Shown here one piece after another: positions 19,637 through 29,580 of a stretch of DNA of 64,000 nucleotides; position 1 is the stretch's first letter, and every line of letters begins with the position of its first letter. This stretch comes from Blastocatellia bacterium (GTDB lineage: Bacteria > Acidobacteriota > Blastocatellia > UBA7656): assembly GCA_963765495.1 (NCBI GenBank), contig CAVXWP010000013.1, forward strand, positions 104,641-168,640, given 5' to 3'. Below the pieces are notes generated by a model. It was not told the origin of the DNA and ran no database searches. It worked only from the letters and a program-made list of their open reading frames with translations. The translations under genes and the position numbers were made by a program.

Positions 19637-21124
19637 ATGCTGGATGATTACAGGCGCGAATACACCGATTTCAATTCCGCGTTGATGCGTGAATACTACC
19701 TGTTTTATTCGGGACAAAAGGTTGAATTAACGATAGCGCCGATATTTGAGCGTTACAGCGATCTGTTCACGAAGGATTCGATAGCGAGGCTCAAGCAATC
19801 GCTTGATGAAACGTCGGATCACTTCGAAACTGATCGCGCTGGAATAAATCATTTCCTGATCTTTGCGATGGATATATATCTTGCGAACTCGGTTAAGGAG
19901 TTGACCGAACAGATCAGCGATATGGAAGCCGGCGCAACTGTCGAATGGATGGATCGAAAGATTACCTTTCAGGATTTGATGGGTGTCATCAAAAACGAAG
20001 CGGATCGCCCTTCTCGCCGCGAGATTTACAGATTGAGGCTTGCCGTCATCGACTCCTCGAACGACCTCAGGGCCGAACGACTCACGCGCCTGCACGAAGG
20101 CGCTCGCTCGCTCGGTTACAGCAGTTACACGAAGCTTTATGAGGAGCTATTCAATCTGGATTATCGAGCGTTAGCCGAAGCGAGCAAGTCACTGCTCGCG
20201 CGCACGGAGGCGGTTTATATCGCGCGGCTCGATGAAGTGGTCCGGCGCTCGCTCGGCATCACAGTAGAAGAGGCCGAGCGGTCCGATGCCATGTACTTTC
20301 TGCATCTGAACGAATACGACGACCGATTCCCTGCCGACAATTTGTTGCAGGTCTATCGCGATACTATGCTCGGGCTGGGGATTGATGTAGACCAGCAGAA
20401 AAACATAACCATCGACAGCGAGCCGCGCCCGCGAAAGAACCCGCGAGCCTTCTGTATGCCTATCACTATTCCGACAGATGTGCGGCTTGTATTACGGCCT
20501 ATGGGGGGGCAGGCGGATTACCAGGCACTGCTGCACGAAGGAGGACACGCGCAACATTACGGGTGGGCTTCGGACGGCTTGCGCCCTGAATTCAAGTACA
20601 CAGGCGATTACGCGCTCACCGAAACTTACGCATTTTTGTTCAATAACCTGATTTCAGACCGCGCCTGGCTCGGCCAGTTTCTGAACCTCCGCGACAACGA
20701 CGAATTTATTCGCTCGGTAATGCTCTCTCGGCTCGTGACGATACGCCGGTACACGGCCAAGCTGATTTACGAACGCGAACTTCACGAATCCGACGATCTT
20801 GGCAAAGCTCCCGCTTTTTACTCTGAGCAACTGACCAGCGCGACTTTTTTTAATACCGAGCCGACCGAGTTTCTCTCCGACCTCGACGATTCGTTTTATG
20901 CAGCCAGTTACCTGCGCGCCTGGGCCTTTGAAGTTGCCTTGCGCGAGCATTTGAAGGAGCGATTTGGCTCATCGTGGTGGAATTCGCACCGGGCCGGTAA
21001 TTTCCTCAAAGAGATATGGGAGACAGGCGACCGCTACACGGCTGATGAAATGGCCGGGCAAATCGGTCTCGGCCCCATCGCATTCGACCTTTTGACAGAC
21101 GAATTGAACCGGGCTTTGAAATAA
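19637..21124 (+). CDS. M3-like (gluzincin) metallopeptidase
   Basis: RPRKNPRAFC, HEGGHAQH and downstream LTETYA. Likely start ATG 19637 after TTGACA...TATATT. Confidence 0.75.
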   Translation: MLDDYRREYTDFNSALMREYYLFYSGQKVELTIAPIFERYSDLFTKDSIARLKQSLDETSDHFETDRAGINHFLIFAMDIYLANSVKELTEQISDMEAGATVEWMDRKITFQDLMGVIKNEADRPSRREIYRLRLAVIDSSNDLRAERLTRLHEGARSLGYSSYTKLYEELFNLDYRALAEASKSLLARTEAVYIARLDEVVRRSLGITVEEAERSDAMYFLHLNEYDDRFPADNLLQVYRDTMLGLGIDVDQQKNITIDSEPRPRKNPRAFCMPITIPTDVRLVLRPMGGQADYQALLHEGGHAQHYGWASDGLRPEFKYTGDYALTETYAFLFNNLISDRAWLGQFLNLRDNDEFIRSVMLSRLVTIRRYTAKLIYERELHESDDLGKAPAFYSEQLTSATFFNTEPTEFLSDLDDSFYAASYLRAWAFEVALREHLKERFGSSWWNSHRAGNFLKEIWETGDRYTADEMAGQIGLGPIAFDLLTDELNRALK

Positions 21125-21156
21125 ACAGGGGTTGAAATAAACAGGGGTTGAAATAA
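21117..21156. repeat. 16-bp tandem duplication
   Basis: TGAAATAAACAGGGGT x2.5, spanning the stop of the M3-like gene. Confidence 0.7.
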
Positions 21157-21177
21157 GAGGGCAGCGTAGTTTCTATT

Positions 21178-22269
21178 ATGCCGACGATCAATGTCAAACT
21201 CGGGGATCGCTCTTACCCAATCGAGATTGCCTCGGGGGCGCTTGCCTGTCTTGGCGCGCACGCGCGCGCATCTCTCGGAGAGAAAGCCCGCCGCGCTGTC
21301 ATAATAACCAATCCGGCGATAGACGGGCTTTACGGCAAACAGGTCACGCGCTCGCTTGCCCGCGCGGAGTTTCGCCCGCTCAAATTTCTGATAGGAGACG
21401 GCGAGCGTTTTAAGTCTCTTCGCACAGCCGAATCGCTTTACACATTTTTGATCGAGCAGCACATCGAACGTTCCGATGTGATAGTCGCGCTTGGCGGAGG
21501 CGTAACCGGCGATGTGGCGGGATTTGTCGCCGCTACCTATTTGAGAGGCATACGCTTTATTCAGGTTCCCACCACGCTGCTTGCGCAAATAGACAGTTCG
21601 GTCGGCGGCAAGACGGGTGTCAACCATCCGCTGGGCAAAAATCTGATCGGCGCATTTCATCAGCCAAGCCTTGTTGTGATAGACCCGGAAACGCTTGACA
21701 CATTGCCCGCGCGCGAGATGAGCGCGGGCCTTTACGAAGCCATAAAGTACGGCGTGATACGCGACCGCCGCCTGTTTACAAGAATCGCTCGCGACATAGA
21801 GGCGCTGAAGCGGTTAGACCCGGAAACGCTTTCATACCTGATAGCGCGTTGTTGCCGGATAAAAGCCGATGTGGTCGCCCGCGACGAACGCGAAGGCGGG
21901 TTGCGGCGAATATTGAATTTCGGCCACACCGTAGGCCACGCGCTCGAAGCCGTAACCGGCTATCGCCGCTTCTATCACGGTGAAGCTGTCGGGCACGGAA
22001 TGCGCGCCGCTTCCCTCATAGCCGAGCAGTTGAATTTACTCTCCTTAAAAGAGCGAAAGACCATCGATGATGCCATTTTGAGAATAGGACGGCTGCCAAA
22101 AGCAAATAATCTTGCATTAGGTGATATAATTTCAGCGATGGATCGTGACAAGAAGGCCGAGGCCGGTCGCCTGGCTTTCGTGCTTCCGGTCGAGATTGGC
22201 CGGGTCGTGATCAGGTCTGATGTGCCCCTGCGAATTGTACGTTTAGCCCTCAAAGCTTCTCTGTCCTAG
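21178..22269 (+). CDS. aroB: 3-dehydroquinate synthase
   Basis: ALGGGVTGD, PTTLLAQIDSSVGGKTGVN, LNFGHTVGHALE, HGEAV. Confidence 0.97.
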   Translation: MPTINVKLGDRSYPIEIASGALACLGAHARASLGEKARRAVIITNPAIDGLYGKQVTRSLARAEFRPLKFLIGDGERFKSLRTAESLYTFLIEQHIERSDVIVALGGGVTGDVAGFVAATYLRGIRFIQVPTTLLAQIDSSVGGKTGVNHPLGKNLIGAFHQPSLVVIDPETLDTLPAREMSAGLYEAIKYGVIRDRRLFTRIARDIEALKRLDPETLSYLIARCCRIKADVVARDEREGGLRRILNFGHTVGHALEAVTGYRRFYHGEAVGHGMRAASLIAEQLNLLSLKERKTIDDAILRIGRLPKANNLALGDIISAMDRDKKAEAGRLAFVLPVEIGRVVIRSDVPLRIVRLALKASLS

Positions 22270-22319
22270 CCGTCCCCTCAAGGCAGAGAGTGTTCAGCAA
22301 GTAATCTGGAGAGACCGTC

Positions 22320-22700
22320 ATGAATAATTCAACAGATACAGGCGCTCGCACAGGCGAGCGCGGAGCAGTGCGCATAAAAACGCTGCTGATCTTTACGCTG
22401 TTGGCTGTCGCTACATTCGCATTGATAAAGATTGCACCCGTCTATGTCGAAGAGCGGCAGATGACACACGAAGTTGATGAGATGGCTCGCGTCGCCGCAA
22501 TTCGCAGTTATAAGGAAGAGAAGATCAACAAGGATATCGAGAAACTGCGCAGAGATTATGATATGCCGGAGTCTGCCGTGAATCTCGACCTTCGCGAGAA
22601 CGGCGTGCGCATTATCGTGAATTACAACAGGACTATTGATTTTCTGGTAACAACCTACACCTGGCACATAGACCACACTGCCGTAGGCAAAGAACTCTAA
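22320..22700 (+). CDS. Small single-TM exported protein (DUF4845-like)
   Basis: Pilin-like ERGAV leader, one hydrophobic helix, short soluble domain; GGAG RBS. Confidence 0.6.
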   Translation: MNNSTDTGARTGERGAVRIKTLLIFTLLAVATFALIKIAPVYVEERQMTHEVDEMARVAAIRSYKEEKINKDIEKLRRDYDMPESAVNLDLRENGVRIIVNYNRTIDFLVTTYTWHIDHTAVGKEL

Positions 22701-22851
22701 GGCAGTAGGCAGTAGGCAGACGATCAAGACCAAAGCAACAAGCCCGGGAACAGCAAACCAAGATATGGATATGAGTAGTTGGTATCCGCTTCCGGCACTA
22801 ATAACTGCCTACTGCCTACTGCTTACTGCTTACTGCCTACTGACCACTGCC
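22700..22851. repeat. Inverted heptamer tandem-repeat element
   Basis: About 3 copies of AGGCAGT at 22700-22719 and about 7 of ACTGCCT at 22804-22851, around ~85 bp of unique sequence. Confidence 0.85.
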
Positions 22852-22860
22852 CGGCGCGCG

Positions 22861-22890
22861 TTGACTCCGTACAGAGCGCGACTCTATGAT
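22861..22890 (+). promoter_or_regulatory. Sigma70-type promoter for the M16 gene
   Basis: TTGACT-N18-TATGAT, ~35 bp before the GTG start. Confidence 0.6.
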
Positions 22891-22925
22891 CTTTAGTAGC
22901 AGTCATTATTTCAAGGAGCCACGCT

Positions 22926-25900
22926 GTGCAAGGATTAAAGATCATACGCTTCATTGTCTCTGTCTCTCTTCTCGTAACCACCCTGTTGCCCGGAGCAGGA
23001 AACGCGCAAAGCGGACGGGGACGCCCCAGAGTTTCCGACCGCGAATCAGCGCCACCGCCGCCGCCGCCCGTGAAAGTGCCCGAAGCCACCGCAGTCGTCA
23101 GGAAAGCGCAATCGGGCGAAACGTCGCGATTCGTGCTGGCCAACGGCATGACGGTAATCATCAGCGAACAGCACGCCACCCCGCTCGCATCTGCTGTAGC
23201 CTATTTCAAGACAGGCACAACCTCGGGCGCTGATAATTCAAGCGGCCTCGCGCGCCTGCTCCAGGAGATGATCTTTGAAGGCACACCGACCCGCCCGCAG
23301 GGCCGCATAACAAGCGACATACGCGCTCTGGGAGGATATATCGGCGCAGATACCCGGCCCGCCGGAACGGCTTTTTATACCCTCGTGCCGTCTGGAAAGA
23401 TCGTTGACGGCCTGACCATCCAGGCCGATATGATTCAAAATGCTTCTCTCCCGGCCGAGGCTTTGAACCGCGTGTCCTCTTTGCCTGAAAGATTCGATAG
23501 CCGCTTAACAAACTTAATCACGGAAGGTGAAGGCGAAAGCCATACTCTCGATCTCACGAAATATGATGACCCTGCGTCTTACGCTATGGATCAGCTTTAC
23601 AGAATCGCTTTTGATCGCAATCGGGCCGTCGAGGGTCGGGGAGGGCGCTTGATCACTCGCGATCAGATCGTTGAGTTTTACAAGACGCATTACCGACCCG
23701 AAAACCTTGTCATCTCCGTTGTGGGCGATGTGAGCACTTTTAACACTCTGATCGAGATCGAAAAACTCTACGCCACCTTTAAGCCGGAGGCTGCTGATAA
23801 GGAAACGGCCGGTACTGTAAAGAAACCGGTTGCAAATAAACAATCTGCAAAGATCGAGCAAAAGAGACCGGCCGCGCCCGTGGCAGTCAAACCGGCTGCA
23901 ATCCCGGTTACTCAGAAGGGCGACTCAAAGCCGGAAGGCGAGCCGTCAACCTCCGCAACAGAAGTGCGCGAGCAGGTGCCGGTCGGTCCGAGGCTCCGCT
24001 ATGGAGCGGATCGCGGAGATATAAGCCAGTCAATCGTAACCCTTGGATTTGAAACGGTGGGAATGAACTCAAAGGAGTGGCCCGCCATAGAAGTGCTGGC
24101 CGCGCTCCTTGGTCGAGGGCGCGGGTCGCGCATGCATGGCGCGCTGGTTGACGGATTACAGGTAGCAAGTCGCGTCGAGGCAAATTATCTGCCGTTGCCT
24201 GATAAGGGGTTGCTTATCACGCAAATCTGGTCGCCTCCCGATTTGATTGATAAGGCGGAATCGGCTTTCTTCCGAGAGGCGGATTTGCTCAGACGCGAGT
24301 TTCCGGGCGAAGGCGAACTGGCGCGGGCAAAAGTGATGCTCGAAAAGAGCTTTGTAGATCGGACAGGAACATACCCGGGCCGTGCGCTTGCGCTTGCTCG
24401 CGCAGAAGCCCTGACGGGCGATTACGATGCGGTGGTAAATTATCGAAATCGCATTCGCGCTGTCACGGGTCAGGACGTGCAGCAGGTCGCTGCCAAATAC
24501 CTTATGCTCACATCCACATCCGTGCACGAGTATGAGCCCCGCTCGGCACCCGCGCGCACATTCGATGCGGAGAGTTTCGCTGCGACCGTACGAGCATGGG
24601 CCGCCGGGTTTGCTCAACCCGAAGGCGATATAAAGGTAGCCGCAACGTCCGATGATCCGCGCCTTCCGGCAGCAAAACAGGGCGACGAGCGGCCCGCGCA
24701 GGAGCAAGCCATGCTTGCGTCGATGAAGCCGCTTGAGGTCAGAGATTTTTCCACGTTAAACGGGCCGCGTGCGTTTGTGCGCGAAGACCACACCCAGCCA
24801 AAGGTGACTATTGCCATTCTGTTTCAAGGCGGTCGCCTGACCGAAGATGAAACCACAAGCGGGACTACCGAATTGATGCTGCGCTCAATGCTTTACGGTA
24901 CAGCGCGCCGCCCCTACGCGCAGGTGGTAAACGACCTTGAGCAACTGGGCGCGGAGATCGATGTTCTGGTTGAGCCGGATTACGCCGGGTTGGTGCTGAG
25001 CGTGCTCGCGCGCAACAGCGAGCGCGCGCTCAAGATCGTGCGCGACATCATCGAAGATGCGGCATTCAGAGATGACGATATAATGCGCGCGCGCGCCGTG
25101 CAGATAGGGCTGATACGCGAATCGAGCGATTCAAGCACAGCGCGAACGAAAGAGATGCTCTTTCAGTCGCTTTTCCCCGGCCATCCCTATGCGTTTCCTT
25201 CGCACGGGCGCGAGCAGGTGCTTGCCGCTCTCGACAGGGATAAGCTCTTGAAGTGGCACGAGCAGACCATAAATCGCCAGCTTCCGCTTTTCATCATCGT
25301 AGGCGATACGGATGGTTCGGCCCTTGTCTCAAGCGTGATAGCCAGCGGATTCAAGCGGCGCGAGGTTGACGATTCAATAAAGGTCAAAATTCCGCAAGCG
25401 CCAAAAACGGGTGAGAAGATCGAGCAGCGCCCGCGCAGTCAGACAATACTCGCGCTCGGGTCGGCGGGACCGAAAGGGGATAGTGATGACCTGATAGCAA
25501 TGGATGTGATCGAAGCGGCGATGAATGGGCGGGGCGGGCGATTGCTGGGAGCATCAGGTGACAGGCAGGATATCATCTCTTCGGCTCAACTCGACAATCA
25601 GGCGTGGTTTGCTGCCGGAGCCGTTTACGCATACGCGGTTGTCACGCCTGGAAATGAATCGCGCGCGCGGGCCGAACTGAGCGCGGAGTTTGAGCGCGTA
25701 TCAAGCAATGGGCTGACCGAGCAGGAACTGGCCGCAGCGCAATCGAGAGCAGCCTTGCTCGATCTGGCAATGTTGCAATCGCAGGCAACGCACGCGCTCC
25801 GTTACGCCGACTCAATCTATTACAAGAAAGAGGCTGCAAGAGTCGACAATTATGCCGACCGCGTATCGAAGGTGACCGCCTCAGATATCAAGCGCGTCGC

Positions 25901-26015
25901 GACTGCTTACTTAAAACCTTCGTCGCTTTTTGTATGTATGCTTCGCGGCACGCCTCCACCGGCCGAGCGCCCCGCGATAAAGCAGGACGAATCAACCAAC
26001 AAGCCGCCAAAATGA
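22926..26015 (+). CDS. Exported M16-family (insulinase/pitrilysin) peptidase homologue, four-domain
   Basis: Signal peptide; FVLANGMTV, HYRPENLVISVVGD, LFPGHPY, KVTASDIKRVA. HxxEH is replaced by RLLQE. Confidence 0.85.
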   Translation: MQGLKIIRFIVSVSLLVTTLLPGAGNAQSGRGRPRVSDRESAPPPPPPVKVPEATAVVRKAQSGETSRFVLANGMTVIISEQHATPLASAVAYFKTGTTSGADNSSGLARLLQEMIFEGTPTRPQGRITSDIRALGGYIGADTRPAGTAFYTLVPSGKIVDGLTIQADMIQNASLPAEALNRVSSLPERFDSRLTNLITEGEGESHTLDLTKYDDPASYAMDQLYRIAFDRNRAVEGRGGRLITRDQIVEFYKTHYRPENLVISVVGDVSTFNTLIEIEKLYATFKPEAADKETAGTVKKPVANKQSAKIEQKRPAAPVAVKPAAIPVTQKGDSKPEGEPSTSATEVREQVPVGPRLRYGADRGDISQSIVTLGFETVGMNSKEWPAIEVLAALLGRGRGSRMHGALVDGLQVASRVEANYLPLPDKGLLITQIWSPPDLIDKAESAFFREADLLRREFPGEGELARAKVMLEKSFVDRTGTYPGRALALARAEALTGDYDAVVNYRNRIRAVTGQDVQQVAAKYLMLTSTSVHEYEPRSAPARTFDAESFAATVRAWAAGFAQPEGDIKVAATSDDPRLPAAKQGDERPAQEQAMLASMKPLEVRDFSTLNGPRAFVREDHTQPKVTIAILFQGGRLTEDETTSGTTELMLRSMLYGTARRPYAQVVNDLEQLGAEIDVLVEPDYAGLVLSVLARNSERALKIVRDIIEDAAFRDDDIMRARAVQIGLIRESSDSSTARTKEMLFQSLFPGHPYAFPSHGREQVLAALDRDKLLKWHEQTINRQLPLFIIVGDTDGSALVSSVIASGFKRREVDDSIKVKIPQAPKTGEKIEQRPRSQTILALGSAGPKGDSDDLIAMDVIEAAMNGRGGRLLGASGDRQDIISSAQLDNQAWFAAGAVYAYAVVTPGNESRARAELSAEFERVSSNGLTEQELAAAQSRAALLDLAMLQSQATHALRYADSIYYKKEAARVDNYADRVSKVTASDIKRVATAYLKPSSLFVCMLRGTPPPAERPAIKQDESTNKPPK

Positions 26016-26027
26016 GAAGCGCCGGTC

Positions 26028-26097
26028 GCGTGATGCGTGACACATAATACGTGAAGTTTTCTGCTATCTCCGGTCACGCATCACGTATCACGTATCA
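26028..26097. repeat. Inverted heptamer tandem-repeat hairpin between convergent genes
   Basis: CGTGATG-CGTGACA-CATAATA-CGTGA ... TCACGCA-TCACGTA-TCACGTA-TCA. Confidence 0.75.
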
Positions 26098-26128
26098 AAT
26101 TACACACGTATCCATTTACGTTTGCCGT

Positions 26129-29059
26129 CTATCGACTGGTTATCACCTGAGCCGCGTTCGGAGTGTTGAGCCTCGACACAAGGCTCGGATCTCCCACTAT
26201 GATTACAAGAGTCTTGCCGTCTTCGGCCACCTGACAGGTAACCTTCGCGCTCAGATCGACCACGATTCGCACCACATCTCCTCCGGGGCTTCCGACTCGC
26301 ACTCGCTCGACCGAGGCCGCGTCGATGTCTATGCTCTTGCTGCCGAAATTATGCGTTACACCCAGCACATCAACTACGATGCGTGAAGGTTCGGCGAGCG
26401 AGAAGGCCTTGAATCTGGCCTGACCATCCGCGTCGATGAATATGCGAAGAACCCCGCCGCTTATCTGTGTACGCACGGCAGAGATCACAGTCGCGGGCTT
26501 CAATGAAACGCCGCTTGCTCCACCCGTAGTCACGGTGCGAGAGGATGAAGCGGACGAATTATCTTCGAGTCTTAAAACCGGCTCCGGGATCGGCTCGGGT
26601 CTGCGGCGGCGCGGCGCGCGCCCGGGCGGACGAGAGGTATCCAAAGGTGCGGGCTGCTCTCCGAATAAGACTCGTGGAGATGATCCGGGGGCGCAGGTCT
26701 TCAGTTGCTGTATCGCGTCAATGCTTGTGCCCTCGGGTAGAATCCAGAATTCAACCCTGCGATTGAGCTTCGGATCGCCCAGTTCCTGCGGGCAGGTATC
26801 GCCGAAATTACGGATGGTTATGCGACTCCGGTCAACTAGTCTTTCATTCACAAGATAATCGCTCGAGTTGTTGGCTCGCGTAAGCGATATTCCCACCCGT
26901 TCCGATGAATCGCGATGGCCGTCGATTACGAGTTGCGACCGGGGGTCCTGCTGCAACCGGAGCGCGACTTCATCAAGACAGGCCTTGTGCTCGTTGTTGA
27001 TCCTCGATGAATTGAACGGGAAGAAGATCGGTCCGCACGGTATGACCGGTGGCTTTTCGACAGGCGGCTGAAGCACCGACACCGTTACCGAGCAACTGCC
27101 CCCCGGACACGGCTGGTCGCAACGCGTTCTATCCGTAGACGCATCAACTCGAACCGTCACTCTGCCCGACACGCCGGTCGTATTGAGCGTAACATCCGTT
27201 CCGGTATCGGAAGATAGCCTCCCGCCCGTTGTCGACCATCTGTATGAAAGATTGCTCGCCCCGGCTCCTCTCACACGCAAAGATACGCGCTCACCGGCCA
27301 CGACTTCGGCAGGCGAAGCATTGATGTCGCAGGTGATGGTCGGACAGGGCGGTTCTGTGACCTCGAAGGAGGTCGTGCAGGTTGTCTGGCCTGAGTTCGG
27401 GCAATCCGACGGGCAATCCACTTCGCTTATGCTTGCCGTCACGGATGTCGTTACGCTATAGCTGCCGCAAGCTAGCCGTGCCGTAGGCACTTCGACCGAT
27501 GCGCCCGCGCCGCTAAGGGCGACGGGCCGCCCCAGCGCGTCCCTGACATCCCATCTATATTCGTAGGCAACTTTATTGTCGTTATAGCCAGGAGTGGTCG
27601 GATTCGTGGTCAGGACCAGTCGATCTCCGCGATTCACCTGCGCGGCAGATGTTTCGATAGAGCAACTCGGCACGGGAAGCGGCGGACACTGTTTGCGATT
27701 TCCTACAGAAAAGAAGCCCAGGAATCCGTGGCGGTCGCCTCTGTCTTCAAACCGCTGCTCCTTGGGGCGACACTCGATTCGAGGCTTTGGGGGCTTGGGC
27801 GGATGGCAATCCGGGTTCCACGCCTCGCAATCGTGATCGCCCCAATCGTCCGGCTTTTCGCCGGGGACCTCAAAGCATTCGAGCACCTGAAGCGTCTTAT
27901 CGCCTATGTTGGACAGATTGTATCTGTAAGCGCCTCCAAACGAGATAGCGCCGTCCTTGAGGTAAAATCGCATGCCGAGAGTCAGATCGGTAGGATTGCT
28001 TCGAAACAGGCTTGGAGTTCCGCCCCCGACAAAGCGCGTGTGTGACAGATCGGCAATTACTTCTACGTGCCGGTTGATGGCTATCGAGAGGCCCACATTC
28101 AGCAGCAATTTGTCTTGCAGATCAAGCGCCTTGACCCCCGCCTTTTCGATGTCTCCGGTATGAATATATCCTACGTTTTCATAAAGCCTGAACCGTTTGG
28201 AACTGCTTTCCTGACCAAACATCAATATGGGACCGTATTCGAATTCGCCGTTTGTGCGCCCGCGCGCCCGCGCGCTATCGGTTCGCGATATAGGTAACTT
28301 TACATACCCGCCGACCGCAATACTGAACCAGTGAGTATTTGCGTCTCTGAGGCTGTATTTTGATCCCAGATAAACGTCGCCCGAGCCGTTGGAAGACTGA
28401 CGCGACCCGACGACTGACCTTCCTAATCCATCAAAGCCTATAAAATCGACTTCGCCAAAAAACGGCAGATCGTTATAAAAGCCGGGCAGGTCTGAGATGA
28501 TTGCCGGGCTGAGCCCTATCACGGGCGATGCGTTCGAGCCTCCGGGCGAGATTGCGCCCACGGTCGTGAAGTTGATAGGGGTGCCGAATCTACCGACCGC
28601 GGGCAGTATCCCGCCATAGAGCGCGCCGGTGCCCGGATAAAATGCTGCGCCGCCGTTTCCTCCGATGGGAGGACCCAGCAGCACTACGGGATCGCCAAAA
28701 AATCGAGTCGCGCTGTACTGATATCCGCTCAGGAGGAAGGGGTTGCGCGAGGTTGTCTGCTGCCAGGTTATCCAGTCTACCCATACCTCCCACCTGTCGG
28801 TCAGTCCCAGAGTGAAATTGAAAGGGATCTGGTTTATGTCGAGGTCGCCGGGATCGCGGTCGAAGTTATTCCAGAAGACCGCCAGGTTGAATTCCCCCCT
28901 GCAAAGCGAGCGAGTCGAGAAAGTATTGAACAGCCCTGTGCCGCCCTGTACAGTAGGCGCTTTCTGCTGGTCGGCCAGATTTAGGGTCTGACCCTGAACC
29001 CCTCCCACCATGGCAAAAATCAACAATCCTAGAATTATTACCGGCTTAGCCGCTCTCAT
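26129..29059 (-). CDS. Outer-membrane protein: beta-barrel-like N-terminus, Cys-rich Ig-like repeats, OmpA-C and AMIN domains
   Basis: Signal peptide; OmpA motifs IFFPFNSSRI, DGHRD, LNRRVEF; AMIN motifs FSLAEPSRIVVD, VRIVVDL. Confidence 0.85.
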   Translation of the reverse strand: MRAAKPVIILGLLIFAMVGGVQGQTLNLADQQKAPTVQGGTGLFNTFSTRSLCRGEFNLAVFWNNFDRDPGDLDINQIPFNFTLGLTDRWEVWVDWITWQQTTSRNPFLLSGYQYSATRFFGDPVVLLGPPIGGNGGAAFYPGTGALYGGILPAVGRFGTPINFTTVGAISPGGSNASPVIGLSPAIISDLPGFYNDLPFFGEVDFIGFDGLGRSVVGSRQSSNGSGDVYLGSKYSLRDANTHWFSIAVGGYVKLPISRTDSARARGRTNGEFEYGPILMFGQESSSKRFRLYENVGYIHTGDIEKAGVKALDLQDKLLLNVGLSIAINRHVEVIADLSHTRFVGGGTPSLFRSNPTDLTLGMRFYLKDGAISFGGAYRYNLSNIGDKTLQVLECFEVPGEKPDDWGDHDCEAWNPDCHPPKPPKPRIECRPKEQRFEDRGDRHGFLGFFSVGNRKQCPPLPVPSCSIETSAAQVNRGDRLVLTTNPTTPGYNDNKVAYEYRWDVRDALGRPVALSGAGASVEVPTARLACGSYSVTTSVTASISEVDCPSDCPNSGQTTCTTSFEVTEPPCPTITCDINASPAEVVAGERVSLRVRGAGASNLSYRWSTTGGRLSSDTGTDVTLNTTGVSGRVTVRVDASTDRTRCDQPCPGGSCSVTVSVLQPPVEKPPVIPCGPIFFPFNSSRINNEHKACLDEVALRLQQDPRSQLVIDGHRDSSERVGISLTRANNSSDYLVNERLVDRSRITIRNFGDTCPQELGDPKLNRRVEFWILPEGTSIDAIQQLKTCAPGSSPRVLFGEQPAPLDTSRPPGRAPRRRRPEPIPEPVLRLEDNSSASSSRTVTTGGASGVSLKPATVISAVRTQISGGVLRIFIDADGQARFKAFSLAEPSRIVVDVLGVTHNFGSKSIDIDAASVERVRVGSPGGDVVRIVVDLSAKVTCQVAEDGKTLVIIVGDPSLVSRLNTPNAAQVITSR

Positions 29060-29517
29060 TTATTGCCTCCCGAAATATCCCCATCCCGACTTCACGATCA
29101 ATCTATCCCCTGAGACCACACAAGGCGATTGGCGGCATCCGTTGACAAGTAGATGGGATCAAGTTTTAGCTCAAGCTTTTGTGTAGAGTCATTTTGCCCG
29201 ACGCGCTTTATCGCAGACCCCTATCTCCACTGTGTCCACTCTCAACACAGCGCGGTTGGGCGTAAATAAAGGAATGAACTTGCTGCTCCTCACAACAGCG
29301 AAGCTCGGATCACCGGATTCTTATGTGTCTCGGCAGTCAGGGTGTTTGGCTGCTCTTATTTTACCCGGCGAGTCTCCGAAAACTAGCGGAAGCTTGATAC
29401 CTGGATTGTCACGTTAAGTCGTGACATAGCTGACTATACACTAAAAAACAGGCGAGTCAATCCCCCGAATGGGTAAGAAAAATGTGGACAAGACAGATCA
29501 AATTCAGCGCATCCCAG

Positions 29518-29558
29518 AAAAAAAGGCGGGGCGATCCGAAGATCATCCCGCCTTTTTT
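29518..29558. terminator. Intrinsic terminator (bidirectional form) after the upstream OmpA paralogue
   Basis: A-tract, GGCGGG stem ... CCCGCC, T-tract. Confidence 0.85.
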
Positions 29559-29580
29559 GGCCTGGAGTTTTAGCTCAGGG

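Noticed and set aside
29060-29517. Riboswitch or ncRNA in long intergenic regions (also 32065-32331, 47530-47845)
   Set aside because: No recognisable conserved motif by eye; would need an Rfam scan.
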